A stretch of DNA of 64,000 nucleotides, taken from assembly GCA_032718475.1 (NCBI GenBank), contig JAUCBJ010000128.1:1-64000 (forward strand), read 5' to 3'. The notes beneath the pieces were generated by a model. It made no database searches and was not told the DNA's origin. It was given only the letters and a program-made list of their open reading frames with translations. This DNA is from Nemertoderma westbladi. Taxonomy: Eukaryota; Animalia; Xenacoelomorpha. The position numbers and the translations under genes were made by a program. Shown here one piece after another: positions 11,913 through 25,500 of the stretch (position 1 is the first letter of the stretch; every line of letters starts with the position of its first letter).

Positions 11913-13361
11913 TTAGTCTTTCTTACGCGGACGGCGTTTACGCAGTTTTTTAAAGCTAGCCAGAGTCTTTTTCTCTTTGGGGCGAGCCACTTTACAAGGA
12001 GGGCTATAACTCCTGGGTGAAGGGTGCAATATGATTGCATCAGAGGGTGTAGGATTATGGTCGGTGTATCCGCCAGACGAAGTACCGGGTTGATTGACAT
12101 CAACGTCGGGGGAGAGGGGTCTAACGGCTTTGAGAGCTCGCTTTAAGACAGCCGCTCTTACGGGTCCTTTACGAGTGGTCTGAACGAGAGCCGTGGGTGG
12201 ACCATAGGCAGTTCGAAACCTCTGGGGTTTAACGGTTCTTTCCAACTCGCGTTCGCGGGCTCGGTATTCGTAAGGCCGTCGATACACTTCCTGTAACTCG
12301 GGGTGTGAGTTAACAAATAAGTCTCCATAGTCCGGATCCTGACGGATATAATTGATTAAGTTATAGGAATGAAGGTCGCTAGGATTAACACTCCTGAGAA
12401 ATTTGCGTACGAACTTGGTTGAAATACATTCTCCGACGCGCTTCAGTAGTTCGTAACTCGATATGCGTGATTTCTGTTCGACAGAAGCGAATAGATAAGG
12501 ATGGAACGCATAAACTCCTTCGTAAGCGCGTCCAGGATAATAGCGATGGCGCGAATCACAATGTAAATCAGCGTTCGCTTCCCAAGCTCTGATGTAACGT
12601 AGTGTGATCATTTCATCTACGCTTTCTAAATCGTGATTAAAAGGGCAATCGAAACTGGCGTGTCCCTTTAGCCGACAACGGTGACATTGAGTCATAAATT
12701 GAGGGCAAACCGCAAAAATGTGCAAGTTATTGAGTCTACAATACGCGCAATAAATTTCCATCGCCGGTTGTTCGTGGAAATAGAAACAGCGGATGTTTGT
12801 GTCCATGGGCGTAACATGGTCTCTCGATGCGCATAACCGACAACGTTGCCGAGAAACATAGTTGGCATGGCGATAATCGTACGCAGTGAGACACTGTGGA
12901 CCTTGATACCATTCTAGGAGGTAATCGTTGTCGTTGTTCCGGGCGCGATAGGCTGAATCTCCTCAGATTCTAGGCATATTGGTTCGTCTTCCCAGTCTGT
13001 TACGAATAGAATTTTCGTGATCTATTCTCGGTTTATCGTTACGACTCCGCTGGGTATGATATTTAAATCGAACCATTTCCCTTTCGGTGTCTACATCGTC
13101 CGTATCATGTAAATCGATAGGATGGCCGGTAGTTAGGAAGTCCATATACGTACCATTATGATGCGTATAGCGAGTGGTGAATTTTCGATAGTCCAATTGA
13201 CGCGTAAGTTGCTCTTGGGACATCGGCGGTTCGATATAACGACCATCGTCCTCCGTAATGGTTGGATCGGCTTCACCGCATATCAAGCTATCCACAAATG
13301 CTTGTAAAGGTAGAGTATATCGCTCCCTGATACCAAGATCATCTTCTATCAACTCCGTCAT
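11913..13361 (-). CDS. Accessory zinc-knuckle protein of element A (about 482 aa, one in-frame TGA at 12963-12965)
   Basis: ORFs 12963-13361 and 11913-12806 share a frame and the 52 codons between them are open; motifs CRLCASRDH..C, CAYCRLNNLHIFAVC, CHRCRLKGHASFDC; basic tail KKLRKRRPRKKD. Confidence 0.7.
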
Positions 13362-14991
13362 ATCTGCTATCTGAGTTTATTAATATTGTAATGAGTTTAT
13401 GTTTAGGCGAGCGGGCGTCGCTGCCTACCTCTCTTCGCCCCCGGACAGTGGGATTCTCAGCGCCGATGTACCGTCGTCGCGGTGTTTACGCCAACATGTA
13501 GCAACAGCAAGACAACGATAACTGGCACAAGTCACTCCACTGTCCGTCCCAAAGGCTTGAATCCACTTTAGGTTCTTTCTATAGGAGAGTTGGGCTACTT
13601 TCACAATTGCGACTAGCTACTGTAAACATACTTTAGCAGTAACATTCACCTATAAATGCACAAATTCCACACAACTGTCACCAATTGTACACATACAGGC
13701 CATTTGTCTGTTAGTCAGTGCCTTCCAGAATGTCACGTTATTACTGTGTATCTTTGGATACTAACAGTGTGCTATGTATTCTCTATGCTAGGCAATGGGA
13801 CAAGCTTTCTATTGTTCTTTTAACTTGCTTCTAATTCTAGCGTGGGTGTTGCTATGGTGACATTATGGAATGCTAGCGGTAGAATTAGGGTAATTCTCAT
13901 GCATACAGATCTGGGATGCTATTTAATAATAATTCTTTAATTGTCAATATCCTCTTTATGCATGATTTTATTAATTTTATCGGCTATTGACTATATGTTG
14001 GGGATTCTCGCACTCTAATACACTCAATAGGATGAATCTCCGCTCCCATGATCTATTAATTAATGGAATTTTGGGAATGTTATAAATTGCACAAAATGAC
14101 AATTTGTGAAATTCATTTAAAATATGAATTTAAATTTATTCCCGTGAATTTTATTATTTGATGTTAAAATTGACACAATTTTTATTCCAGAGCATGTCCG
14201 GGGATTGAGGATCCTTAATTCTATAAAATTGTCTTTTAAGAGTATCGGTAAGTGCTGCGATATCTTAATTGACTAGAAATTTTAAAGGATCTGAATTTTA
14301 CAGATTTTAATAAATATTAAATTAATATTTAAGATGGGCACCGATTTATTTCAGAACTTGACTGGAGACGTTAACCATTGATTCTAGAATTTGTCTTTCA
14401 AGTATATCGGTGGGTGCCGCGATATCTTAATCGACTAGAATTACAGATGGTCAAAAGGTTTAACAGATTTATTTGCATTTACGCTACTGTTAGAGGGACA
14501 TCACGCTACTATATGTATTATTTAATATAAGGTAGAAGAGCAATATCGCACGAAGCAATGTCAGTGTGAAGAGGCAAGTCGTTTCCAAGGTCTACCCAGA
14601 GCTTGGTTTAGCTGAGACACGAGGATCTGAACTTTGCATTCCTAATACTCTGCCTACCAATAATACTTAAATATAGTAGGAGCTTTATTGTACTTTAATA
14701 AGTACGAACATTTCATCTTACTGTAGTCACGTATTTATAATAGGATACGGACAGTAAGGAAAGAGAAAAATAATTATTTCTCGCCGTCGCACTAATTATA
14801 TATTATAAGTAATTACGTACGTAATAAACACTAATATATTGCACTAATCTACTAAATAATCACTAAAATAACATTCTACTAAATAAAATTAAAGAAAACG
14901 ATTATAATAAAATTACATAATAATACATACATAATATAAAATAATAAAATAAATATAAAATAATATAGTCACACACCCACTCCATATGTTA

Positions 14992-17900
14992 TTACGTTAT
15001 GGAGTCCCTAGATATTTGTCGGATTAGGGAAGTGGTCGTAGGAAGAGTATCTTGCCTTCCATAGTTTCCGGACAGTTTTCGGTCTCTTTCCAGTAAACAT
15101 AAACGACCAGCTGGGCGATTGAGTTGTTGTGTTACTTTCTCCGCTCCCTTGGCCTGTCTAATCTCCGCCGTAGTAAGATGAGGAGGCCATTCTTCTTCTT
15201 CTTTACTTAAGAAGTCGGATCCACCTAACCAGCCTGGAGTATCTATCAGTTCTTGAGGAGTTGCTCCTCTGGAAGCAATGTCGGCTGGATTAATCGTCCC
15301 AAGACAATGTCTCCATTGATCTACATTAGAGTTAATATCGTCATTATCTGAGGAGTATGGTGTTCCCTCAGTTGGGTCGTCCACATCACTGCTCTCCACT
15401 TCCCATTCCTTTACTTGGTATACCTGTTGTTGAGGTAATCTCTCTTTGAGAGTTCTACGGGAAGGGCCAGTGAAGTACCAACCTACTCTAGTTCTTACCG
15501 CATAGGTTTGTAGTGGCTGCGGTTGAGCAGGCTGTTTCTCCAATGTCTCGAGCGCCTCATGCGCGTTTTGGCCGATGAGTATTTGCACTCCAGGATAATC
15601 TGTCTGGAATCGAGGTATCTTAAGCTGTTGGATGCTCTCGTCCTCGTCCCAGTTATAAGGTTCTACTTGGGTAGTAGCGAAGTTCTTTATAGCCACCATT
15701 TTTACTGACCTTATACTTTGTGCTCCTAATTTATCCTGGGGGGTGGACAACGCACCTACATAGTAATCTGCCGTTATGGTAGATTTCCAAACCTGCATAA
15801 TTCCGGACATATTCAACTTAGTTTGGAATTTGGGTTGTCCAGCAAAGATATCTTCGGCTAGTTCTTGATCGATGAATGTTCCTGTGCTGCCGGAGTCAAG
15901 GAGGGCGTTCACTATGTAACTTTTGGTAGGACCGTGAACTCTTACCTGCACTACAGGAAATTCTCTGATTCCTACGTTGGAAGTTGGAGCTTTCCAAGAT
16001 GGTTGTCTGTCAAAGGTAGTTGGGGGGAACTCATTGTCGGTGTCCCTTTCGTAAGTAAGTGCTCGATACACCGCGGTATTGATTAGGTAACAGGATTCGT
16101 TGGCGTCGGAGAATTCGTCCGTATAGAATCCTTCCATCTCAGATTCTTGATCAGTGTCATTTACATCACTGAATTGGACATGTAGTTCGGGCTCACTTAC
16201 CTGACTCGGGTTGTCTCGTTCGAACTCACTGTGTAACAAGATGTGATGTTTCGCGCCACACTTTGCACACTTTACGTCGGAGTAACAGGTTCGCCGTTGG
16301 TGTCCTGATCTGAGGCAATTATAGCATAACCGCTTATTCCACAGGACTGCACGTCTGTCTACAAGGGATTTCTTTAGAAATTCAGCACACGCACTCAAAC
16401 GGTGGGGCCCGTCGCACAGCGCACATTTTGGTTTGATGTTACTCACTTTACCTTGGGTAACGTTATGCACTCTCGTTCTTTCTTCGGGCTTTCTTCCGTG
16501 AATTCTCTTAGGAGACGTAGGAGGAGTTGTTGTTACCTGTTCTCTCCTGTCACTGGTTCGAGACTTGTATTTACTTACGTCTTTATAGGTCTTGTTGTCA
16601 TAGTAAGATTTTGCTGTGTCTTTCCCGCTGTCCTCTTCTTGAGAAGCTTGGCTTTCGCCGTCGTCAGTATAACACACTGGTATTATCCTTCTCCTAGAAA
16701 CGGGTTTCTCACTTACCTTATTTTCCGATGTTTTCTCTCTGGACTGCTTTATGAGTTGTAATTTTACTTCACTATCTAAGAAGGACATGAGATCAGCCAT
16801 GGTAGGGCTTCGTCGTTGCTGCTCATTCATATACAACACTTTCTTGTCCCAGCGTGTACATACTCCACCCTTTGGTAAAGTAGAGACTACTGCTCCAATA
16901 ACCATGGAACTCTGATATTCATGAGACTTACCCAACCAGTCCAATTGTCTACAGATCTCCTGAATCTCATCGGAAAACTCTATAATCCCGCTACTAAGGA
17001 AGTTTCGGGGGGCTACTAATTTTGCATACAAATACTTAGCTATGTTATCCTTGTTACCATACCTGATGTTTAATGTATCCCAAACTTGTCTTAATCCTTC
17101 TGGATGTCCAATGAACTTTAACGCCATTAACTTGGGAGGTCCTTCCAAGCACTTGATGAGGAACCTAAGTTTCTCACTGTTAGATAGTACAGAGTTCTGT
17201 ATGCTGTCTTTGTAATATTCATTGAAAGGTAACCATTTCATCACCATTGAATTTGACGATCTCTCCCACTTTGACCGCTTGGCGGGCTTCTGTTCTAGCC
17301 ATCTGACGCGTAAAGCTTTCTTGGGCCATCGTGTTATTTAATATCGAATTATCGGTATATAAATTTCTCGGATCATTATCAGGTCTATAGGGAATATCAT
17401 TAACAACAGGTTTATAATCACCCTTAATAGGGTTTGCTATAGGAGTTTCTACTTCACTAGCAGTATAGATGCGTGTAGGCTCCACACCTTGCGCATGTAA
17501 TACTTCAGACCTAACAGGTTGACACAATGTTACAGGGGGTATTGGTATCGCTTTTTGTATATTGACTAATTTGTCGCGTTCTAGAGCGATACTTTGCTGC
17601 ACTTCTTGCAATTCGGCCCTACCTTCCTTTACTGTTCCCTTAAGTTGGTGGACAGTCTCCTGCATCTGTCCGAGCAGGAGATTCATCCCCCGCCGTCCCT
17701 CCTCTACCCACTCGACCGCCGAAGCGGGAGTCGCCAACATTGTAGCGGGCTGACGCGGGACGACAGGAGACAAATCTTTGATTTCTCTCTCAGCTTCCAG
17801 GACAGGGATATTCTCATGGACTGTTCTACCGGGCACAGGCAGTGTAGTACTGTGTAAAGGGAATTTAGAGTTAAGCTCTGGAAGTACAGGGGTCTCTAGC

Positions 17901-18326
17901 ACAGGAGTGACTTTGGGAACGACAGGCCTAATTATTTCAGGCTCATCAACTATAGTAGGGAGTTTTTTGACCTTAATAATTTGGTCTGTAGGTTCTATAC
18001 TACTTAAGTCCGTGCTAGCTAGTTGTCTTCTAACAGCTGGGGGCAAATCAGGCAATTTGTGACGGTAAGATGTTTTTCTACGCCTGCTTAGACGAGATCT
18101 ATTTCCTCCGCCTTCAGGATCGGTGGTTTCGCTTTCCTCCGATGATGTATATCCCTGGCGTTTGGGAGTAGATCTTCTCATCATCTGCATGTGACTAGCA
18201 GTTAACTGTTTATTTATGTTGTCTTGCGTCTCTTGCAGATTTTCCAACTCTAGTTGGGTAGTCTCCTCAGACGCTCTCAGTTCTGCTTTTGCCACCGCTG
18301 CCTTTCTTTCTGCTTCTGCTGCTGCC
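14992..18326 (-). pseudogene. Element A gag-protease, 3' part (frameshift near 17230; RT/RNase H/IN deleted)
   Basis: KFNGD..WLPF DUF1759-like capsid region, three Cys/His knuckles (CALCDGPHRLSAC, CYNCLRSGHQRRTC, CAKCGAKHHILLH), protease LLDSGS, then only the RNase H tail WRHCLGTINPADIASRG..WLGGSDFL. Confidence 0.9.
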
Positions 18327-19597
18327 TGTGCCGGATACTGATCACAATACGATGTATATTAGATAGGTTATACAGTATGTTTTAGCTCGTATAGGTCGTG
18401 CCACCGGAAGTGACACGATGCCCGGGCTGATTCAGGCTTTGTGATAGCAGCTATCTGAGGATAGTAGAACAGGCTATCTATTGGCATTGCTTTTTTACCG
18501 CTCTGCTACATTTCCTGTTCAGTCAGTAGGTGAGCCTACCGACCGGTAGACTCACTGACAACTGTGCGACATTTATAGCTAGGCTTTGCCTTAGCTTACA
18601 GTCTTAAGCTAAGGGCCTATTTACCCGTAGGTCCGACAGACCGGCTTCTGTTTGCATAGTGCAGCAGTGGTTGGATGTGCTGTCAGGCTGTGTGTGTCTG
18701 ACATTTTGTCAGACACGAACTTTATCTGTGAGTTCGCTTGTAGAATATACCGTATGGTTTATGGTATATTTATATTTCTGTATTCGTGCCTTGTCAGTCA
18801 TTATATTATACGACCTGAGACCGCAGTAGTTTACATGAGTTTTTTCATATTAGATGGAGTCAGTAGCCTCAGCCTGACAGTCCCCGTAGCTAGCGCGTCT
18901 TTATCCATACTTCACCCCTAGCAATTGCCATCCTTTACCGATCCGCCGATAGGACATTCAGACTCAGGGTCTGACTATTAGACTGCAGACCCCGCGTCTG
19001 AATGTTGGACTATCGTTCCCAGTTATTGGGCCTCAGGATAGTCGGACCAAGCCGACTATCGGACTGTTGTATTTATTTATTGCCAGCGGTCGTTCTACTG
19101 TTCTAGTTAGCGGCCATCCGGCACAGTAAAAAAGCAACCTTTACAGCTTTAAACAGTCATTAGACTGTCTGACTGTTAGACTGTTAACAAAAAAGCATCC
19201 TTTCTGCCTTTAAACAGTCATTCTGTCATTAGGCTGTTAGTAAATAAAATAATTAGGGCCTAAGCATTAAAATACATTTCAGCATTTATATTTAGGCCTA
19301 AGTCTGTAAGTCTGAAAAAAGTGTATTTCTGTATTTTTACAAATAATTCCAGAATGTCAGGCTAAGCCTTTAGCCTTCTTCCGTCTTCAGCCTTAGTACT
19401 GAAGTACCGTAGTCAGCAGGTCAGGTAGTAACTTTTCTATTGCCCAGGCATATATCAGTAGCGCTGTAGCCTATATATTTGAAATTACCGGTAGGCCAAC
19501 ACTAAACTTTAAGTAGTACCGAGTTTTCGGTTGTTTAAATTAAATTGCCAAATTGTTTATTGTTTACTTGTTGCAATACCAGAATACCGGTACTAAA

Positions 19598-22500
19598 ATG
19601 TCAGCTCCAGGTGCCGAGAGCAGTAGTAGCACAAGTTCTGGGACAACAAACTCGGTGCTAGCGATGCAGCCACTTGATGAATCCCAGCCTCCTTCCCAAG
19701 GGGATATTGTCGGGTTGGATGGACTGGATATCCCTTCATTAAGATATAAACTACGTGCACATAAGGGTAAGTTTACCAAAATATATAGTGAATTTATGGA
19801 ATGTCACCAACGAATTACCGTAGAGCAGCGCAAAATACGGCTATTTACAGCCAAGCAAACATTGCATGATATTAATTGTATATGGTCAGCCTTACTTGTA
19901 AAATTTCAATTGCAAGGAAATGAGGACCAACATGCAATTTCGAAAGTGGAACGCGCAGAATATCATGAGATGCAGTGTGCCAAATTACGCGAAATATATA
20001 GCCATTTACAGGGACCAATAATTCCTGTACCGGTATTAGGAGACACACCTAGTCCCGTTCATATCGATGAGACACCATATTATAATGATACAGTCGAACA
20101 AGTCAGTCAGGGTGATTCAAGTAGACAGGGACACACATTTACCGCGAGTACACCTGCCAATTTTAATGATATGGATACATTGGTGGACATATCAACAGGG
20201 GCAGGCGCAGGGGGCATTAGTGAAGAGACACCAGTTTGTCCCATTGCTGTAGACATTTCTGCAGCAGTGTATTCACTGAATAAAGGCCCATTGATACCTG
20301 ATAGTGGTAGTGAACCAGTTAAATCACCCATAGACGCTGGTGTCGTTTGTACTGAAATGGTGATGGGGTCTAGGGCTGTACCAAATGACATTACTGCCAG
20401 GAATGTTACTGGTAGTGATACTAGTTCACAAATCAAACCATCGGATTCGGTTTCACAACATAGTTCACAGCTTTCTGAGAAATCTAAATCATTAAGGGCT
20501 CTCAGGAGGCATCAAAGGGCTTTGCTTAAGACTAAACAAATGGAAAATAACCTACGTTTAGCTGAGGCGCTTGATAGTGAAGAAACGAAACTCAAAACGG
20601 CTCAACTAGAGGCAGAGGCAGTTGCTGCTGCAAATAAACGTTTAGTCGATCTCAAACTTGAGCAACAGCAATCTAGGGCTAAACGCCAACTTGCTGTCAC
20701 TGAGTCTCATAATGACCTAGAACGGGCTACATTAGAGGTCCTTTTGTCGACAGATGAACCTGAAGTTTTAGCTGCTTTAGAGGCAGGTTCAGATCCATCT
20801 AACTATAGATCACCAATTATGGCTTTATTTAATAAGCCTAAAGTAGACACTAATCCTTGTATAGTCACATTTCAGCAAGATGGTGGTGAATTATCCTCTG
20901 TTGGTCCCATAAGACAGGAGGACACCTACATGCCTATAAACCCTAGGCCTAGGCCACTATCTCCTATTGTTTCTATTCTACACAACCAACCATTTAATTC
21001 GACTCAAAATCGTAATGACATGTCAGTTGAAGTCGATATGCAGGATTCTAGTCCTGAATATAAATTGACTATGCCAACTGTGGACGAGGGAATGCAAACT
21101 GATACTCACTTTGTTATTACCCGTTCTACACAGGTTACACCTACTGAAATTGTCACTGCATTGCCCCCTGGCCCCATGACACGGTCTTTGGACAACAGGG
21201 ATATCTCTGAATCCCAATATAGTGGCAGTCAACGATATCTTCACTATACACATACGAACAATGACGGTGATGATTATAGCCACACAAATATAGATAATGT
21301 AAATACATTTGTGCCCAGCTATAATCCAAGCACTACAATTTCAAATATAGCACAGCCATCACAAAAAACCCACAGAGTGGACCCAATAGTGACAACTGTT
21401 TCCCCCCAGGCCCAGATGTCCTCCCGCAGTTGGGCTGTACCTGATAAATTACTTGATAAATTGTCAGAGCCTATGTTTAACTCTTTATTGCAGGGCTCAC
21501 AACCTATGCCTATAAACCATTTAGGAGTAGGTGATGTGTTTAAGCCACCATATAAGGGTGGAATTAGAAGTGATACACCATCAAATGTACAAAAATTTTC
21601 TACACCTGAGAATTTTTACCATTTCGATTGTTTGAAAGCAAACCCTGTGCTTAATTCGAGTCCAGGATTCCAGATACCTGTTCCTGGGGCACAAAATTCA
21701 CCTGAATCGCCAATTAACAATTGGCCCATACCTGAACCATTACAGAACCCTTTTCATGATCCAGGTCACCGTGTGGGGATGGGATCTACTCCTAATATCG
21801 AATCACAGATGTGTGAAGTCATGACACAGGTTATGAATGTTAGTGCCATGAGTGTAAAGGCTATTGAAAGGCTAAACACTAAGCTTTCATTGCCAAAAAT
21901 GGAAGTGCCAAAATTTAATGGAGAAGCTAGTGGCTATATAAATTTTGTAGCTAGTTTTATTTCTTATATTGAATCTCAAGAATTAAATGAAATGGAAAAA
22001 TTCATGTGCTTAACACAATATTTGGGCCCAATTCCCCTTGGTCTGGTTAAAGGGTTTTTAGGTTTGCCAGGTGGGTATAAAGCCGCTTGGGATGCCTTGC
22101 ATGGAAGGTATGGCCATCCGAGTGTTATAGTTGAGAGAATTATAACAGAATTGACAGAAAAAGTTGATCTGAACTCTGGTTCAGAAACACAACGTAGGTT
22201 CAAATTGCAAAATTATGCAGACAAGATCTCACAAATGGTTTTGGTTTTGCAATATTTTAAATCAGCGGATGAAATGAATTCATCTACCAATCTGCGAAGG
22301 GTTGCCGAGAACCTCGACATTCGAATGTATGAGCGGTGGAAACGCAAAGTTTATTATATTAGACAAAACCACAACCGTGAACCTAGATTAACTGAACTTG
22401 CAGAATATATAAAATGTGAAGCACAGATTGTTAATGATCCTGTTTACGTTGATGTAGGTGGTGGCTACAGGCCAAACCAAACAGCTAATGTACCAGGGTC

Positions 22501-25500
22501 AAGTCAATCCAGTAAACCAAGTCCACAGCGAGTGTCCACAATAAATAACTTAAATTCAACACCAATGGCTACATTAAATTATGTGTCAACCACTGGTGCA
22601 CCATCTGGTTATAGAGGGACCAGCAGAACTAGGGGAGGTGGAAATCGACCTTTTAGGCCTGCTTCAGCTTCAGCACATGGACCTGACCCATCCACACGAT
22701 CAAACGATCCTATGAAGTCCCCAGAACCAGTTCAAGGAACTTCTAATGGAGCAGGCTATAAAGAGGAAAATACATCCACAATTCCAAAGCGAGTATTAAA
22801 TTGTTCTTATTGTGAACTAGAAGGACATACAATATCCCATTGCTCAAAGTTTAATCATTTGGACATTATCCATAAGGTGGCATGGTACCACAGTGGGGAT
22901 GTATGTCACTATTGTGTGGAAAGGGGGCATAGGAATACTGTCTGCCCAAAATATTCAAAAATAACACGCAAACCAATCTGTGAGCATTGCCAAGGTGCTC
23001 ACCACTCTGTCCTTCATTGGATTCTTGGTTATATAGAGGATACCAAGAAATCAGCTAAAATTAAAACATTTAGGAGTGAATTGGTTTCAAGTAATTCCAT
23101 GGCTGAGATTCCAATTTCAGCTGAAACAAATAAATCTGGTACATATAGTATCACAAATCATGATGTGACAATATTGCGTTGTGATAAGCAATCGCATATT
23201 AATATGGAGATGTGGTTGTCTGTAGTACCCGTAACTATTGACATAAATGACAAACGTCTTAGTACTTTTGCCTTGCTGGATTCAGGTTCAACTCATACAG
23301 TTTTGCATGCTAAGGTATTGCAGTTCATGAATGAAGTTCCGGATTCCCAATCTTTGATGACAATCAAAGAGGTATTATCAATTAGTGTGCATCCTATTGC
23401 TTCGATAGCTTGCTCTATTAGGCCTTTAAAAGGTCGCCCCGCAGTAGATGAAACATTTATTACTAAAGTTTCTAACACTTTGGTGTTAGACAACCTTCAA
23501 CAGACAAGAGTCCCAGATCTGGCAAGTATAGATTTGTCAGCATATCCAGATTTCCAGCCATATCTGGATCAACTAGTTCCTTCAGGTATTGAGTTACCAG
23601 AAGTTACTATAATCATAGGTCGGGATGCTGGTTACATTCATGAACATGCAATAGTTCAAGAAACAAGAGAAGGCCCTACTATTGTGCATACACCATTTGG
23701 GTATGCCTTAGTGGGACCAATTCCATCTGTTAAAGTGAATTGTGAAATCAGGCATCTTGAAATATCCAGTTATGATTGGGTGTCTGTAGTTAAACAACAA
23801 TTAGGTTTGGAAGGTTATACTAATGATGACAATCAGGTTCTGAAACCAATGTCCAACGCTAAGGATGAGGAAACCGTCTTATCACGGAGCGATGAACGAG
23901 CATTATCCATACTTAAGGAAACAACTACCTTAGATAATGGTCGGTATACTGTAGGAATGCTCTGGAATCAAAATCCTCCTCAATTAATAAATAACTATCC
24001 ATTGGCGAAGCGTCGACTGGATGGCTTAATACGTCGTTTAGAAAAGTATCCAGCCAAATATCAACAATATCATAATCAATTGTTAGATTATGAAACTGCA
24101 GGATATGCAGTAAAGTTATCATTGGAAGAATTTAAAACACATTCACCACAAACTTATTACCTACCTCATCATCATGTTGAACATGATAGTAAACCTGGTA
24201 AGATCCGCATAGTTAATGATGCGGCAGCCATCTATAAAGGGATGTCATTGAACTCCCAATTATTAGATGGTCCACCACAAATTATACCCCTCATTGGAGT
24301 ATTAATACGTATTCGTTTAGGGAGCATTGCTTTCTGTTGCGATATAGAGGCAATGTTCCACCAGATTGGTGTAACTAGGGAGGACTCCGACAGCCTTCGG
24401 TTTCTATGGAAGCCACCTAAGGGTGATATGGTTGTCTATAAAATGGTTCGACACCCATTTGGAGCGCGTGATTCACCTTGCATAGCAGGTAACACTGTTA
24501 AACAGTGTGGGAAAGACCATAATGACTTATTTGTTTCTGATGTTGCTAGAGTTATTGATGAGTCATTTTATGTTGATGATGGTCTACCATCAGTTGACTC
24601 AGTGGAAGAGGCCACTCAATTAGCGCATGACCTAATTGATTGTCTATCCTTAGGGGGTTTTAATCTTAGAAAATTCCAGTCAAACAGTAAAGAGTTTCTG
24701 GCTTCCATGGCTTCAGATGCTCTCAGTCCTAAAGTTGATCTAGACCTTGACCACTTGCCAGTGACTAGAGCCCTTGGTGTGGTTTGGGACCCACAAGCTG
24801 ATATATTTACCTTTGATGTGAAGGTTAAACAACGTCCTTATACTAAAGCAGGTTGTCTTAGTAAGTTTGCGTCAACATATGATCCTCTGGGGTTCCTTGC
24901 ACCATTTCTAGTTCAGGGTAAACTAATAATACAGTCTATCTGGAGAGCAGGGTGTGACTGGGATGATAAAATCCCAATGGAACTGCAAAGAGCGTGGATA
25001 AAGTGGGAGAATCAACTTCCTCTTCTTAATGATGTAGAGATAGACCGCCTCCTGCGGCAAGATCTTCCATCTAGTTGCAACTATCAATTGCACTTGTTTT
25101 CTGATGCCTCTGATTATGCATATGGGGCTGTGGCATATATACGTGCTGAGTATAATAGGGATGTACGTGTAAACATATTATACTCAAAGAGTCGTATTGT
25201 TAATATGGCTTCAATTACTTCTACACCTCGACTAGAGTTAGAAGCCGCCGTATTACTGACAGACATCATTGTGATGCTGCGACTTGAGTTGCATCTCGGT
25301 GATGTACCAGAATATTTCCATACTGATTCTACAGTAGTATTAGGGTATATTCGTAACCCTACATGTGTTTTGAAACGCTATGAAGCAACCCGTGTTAATA
25401 AAATTGTCTTGAGAACTACTCCTAACTCTTGGCATCATGTACCAGGAGTTTTAAACCCGGCTGATGATATCAGTCGTGGATTATCCGTCAAGAACTTGCT

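Noticed and set aside
11913-13361. Envelope gene
   Set aside because: No signal peptide or transmembrane anchor visible; zinc knuckles and a basic tail instead
17219-17247. Programmed frameshift at the KF(N/D)G motif (similar break in element C near 53375)
   Set aside because: Element B reads through this region in one frame, no convincing slippery site, and both elements carry other lesions; decay is simpler
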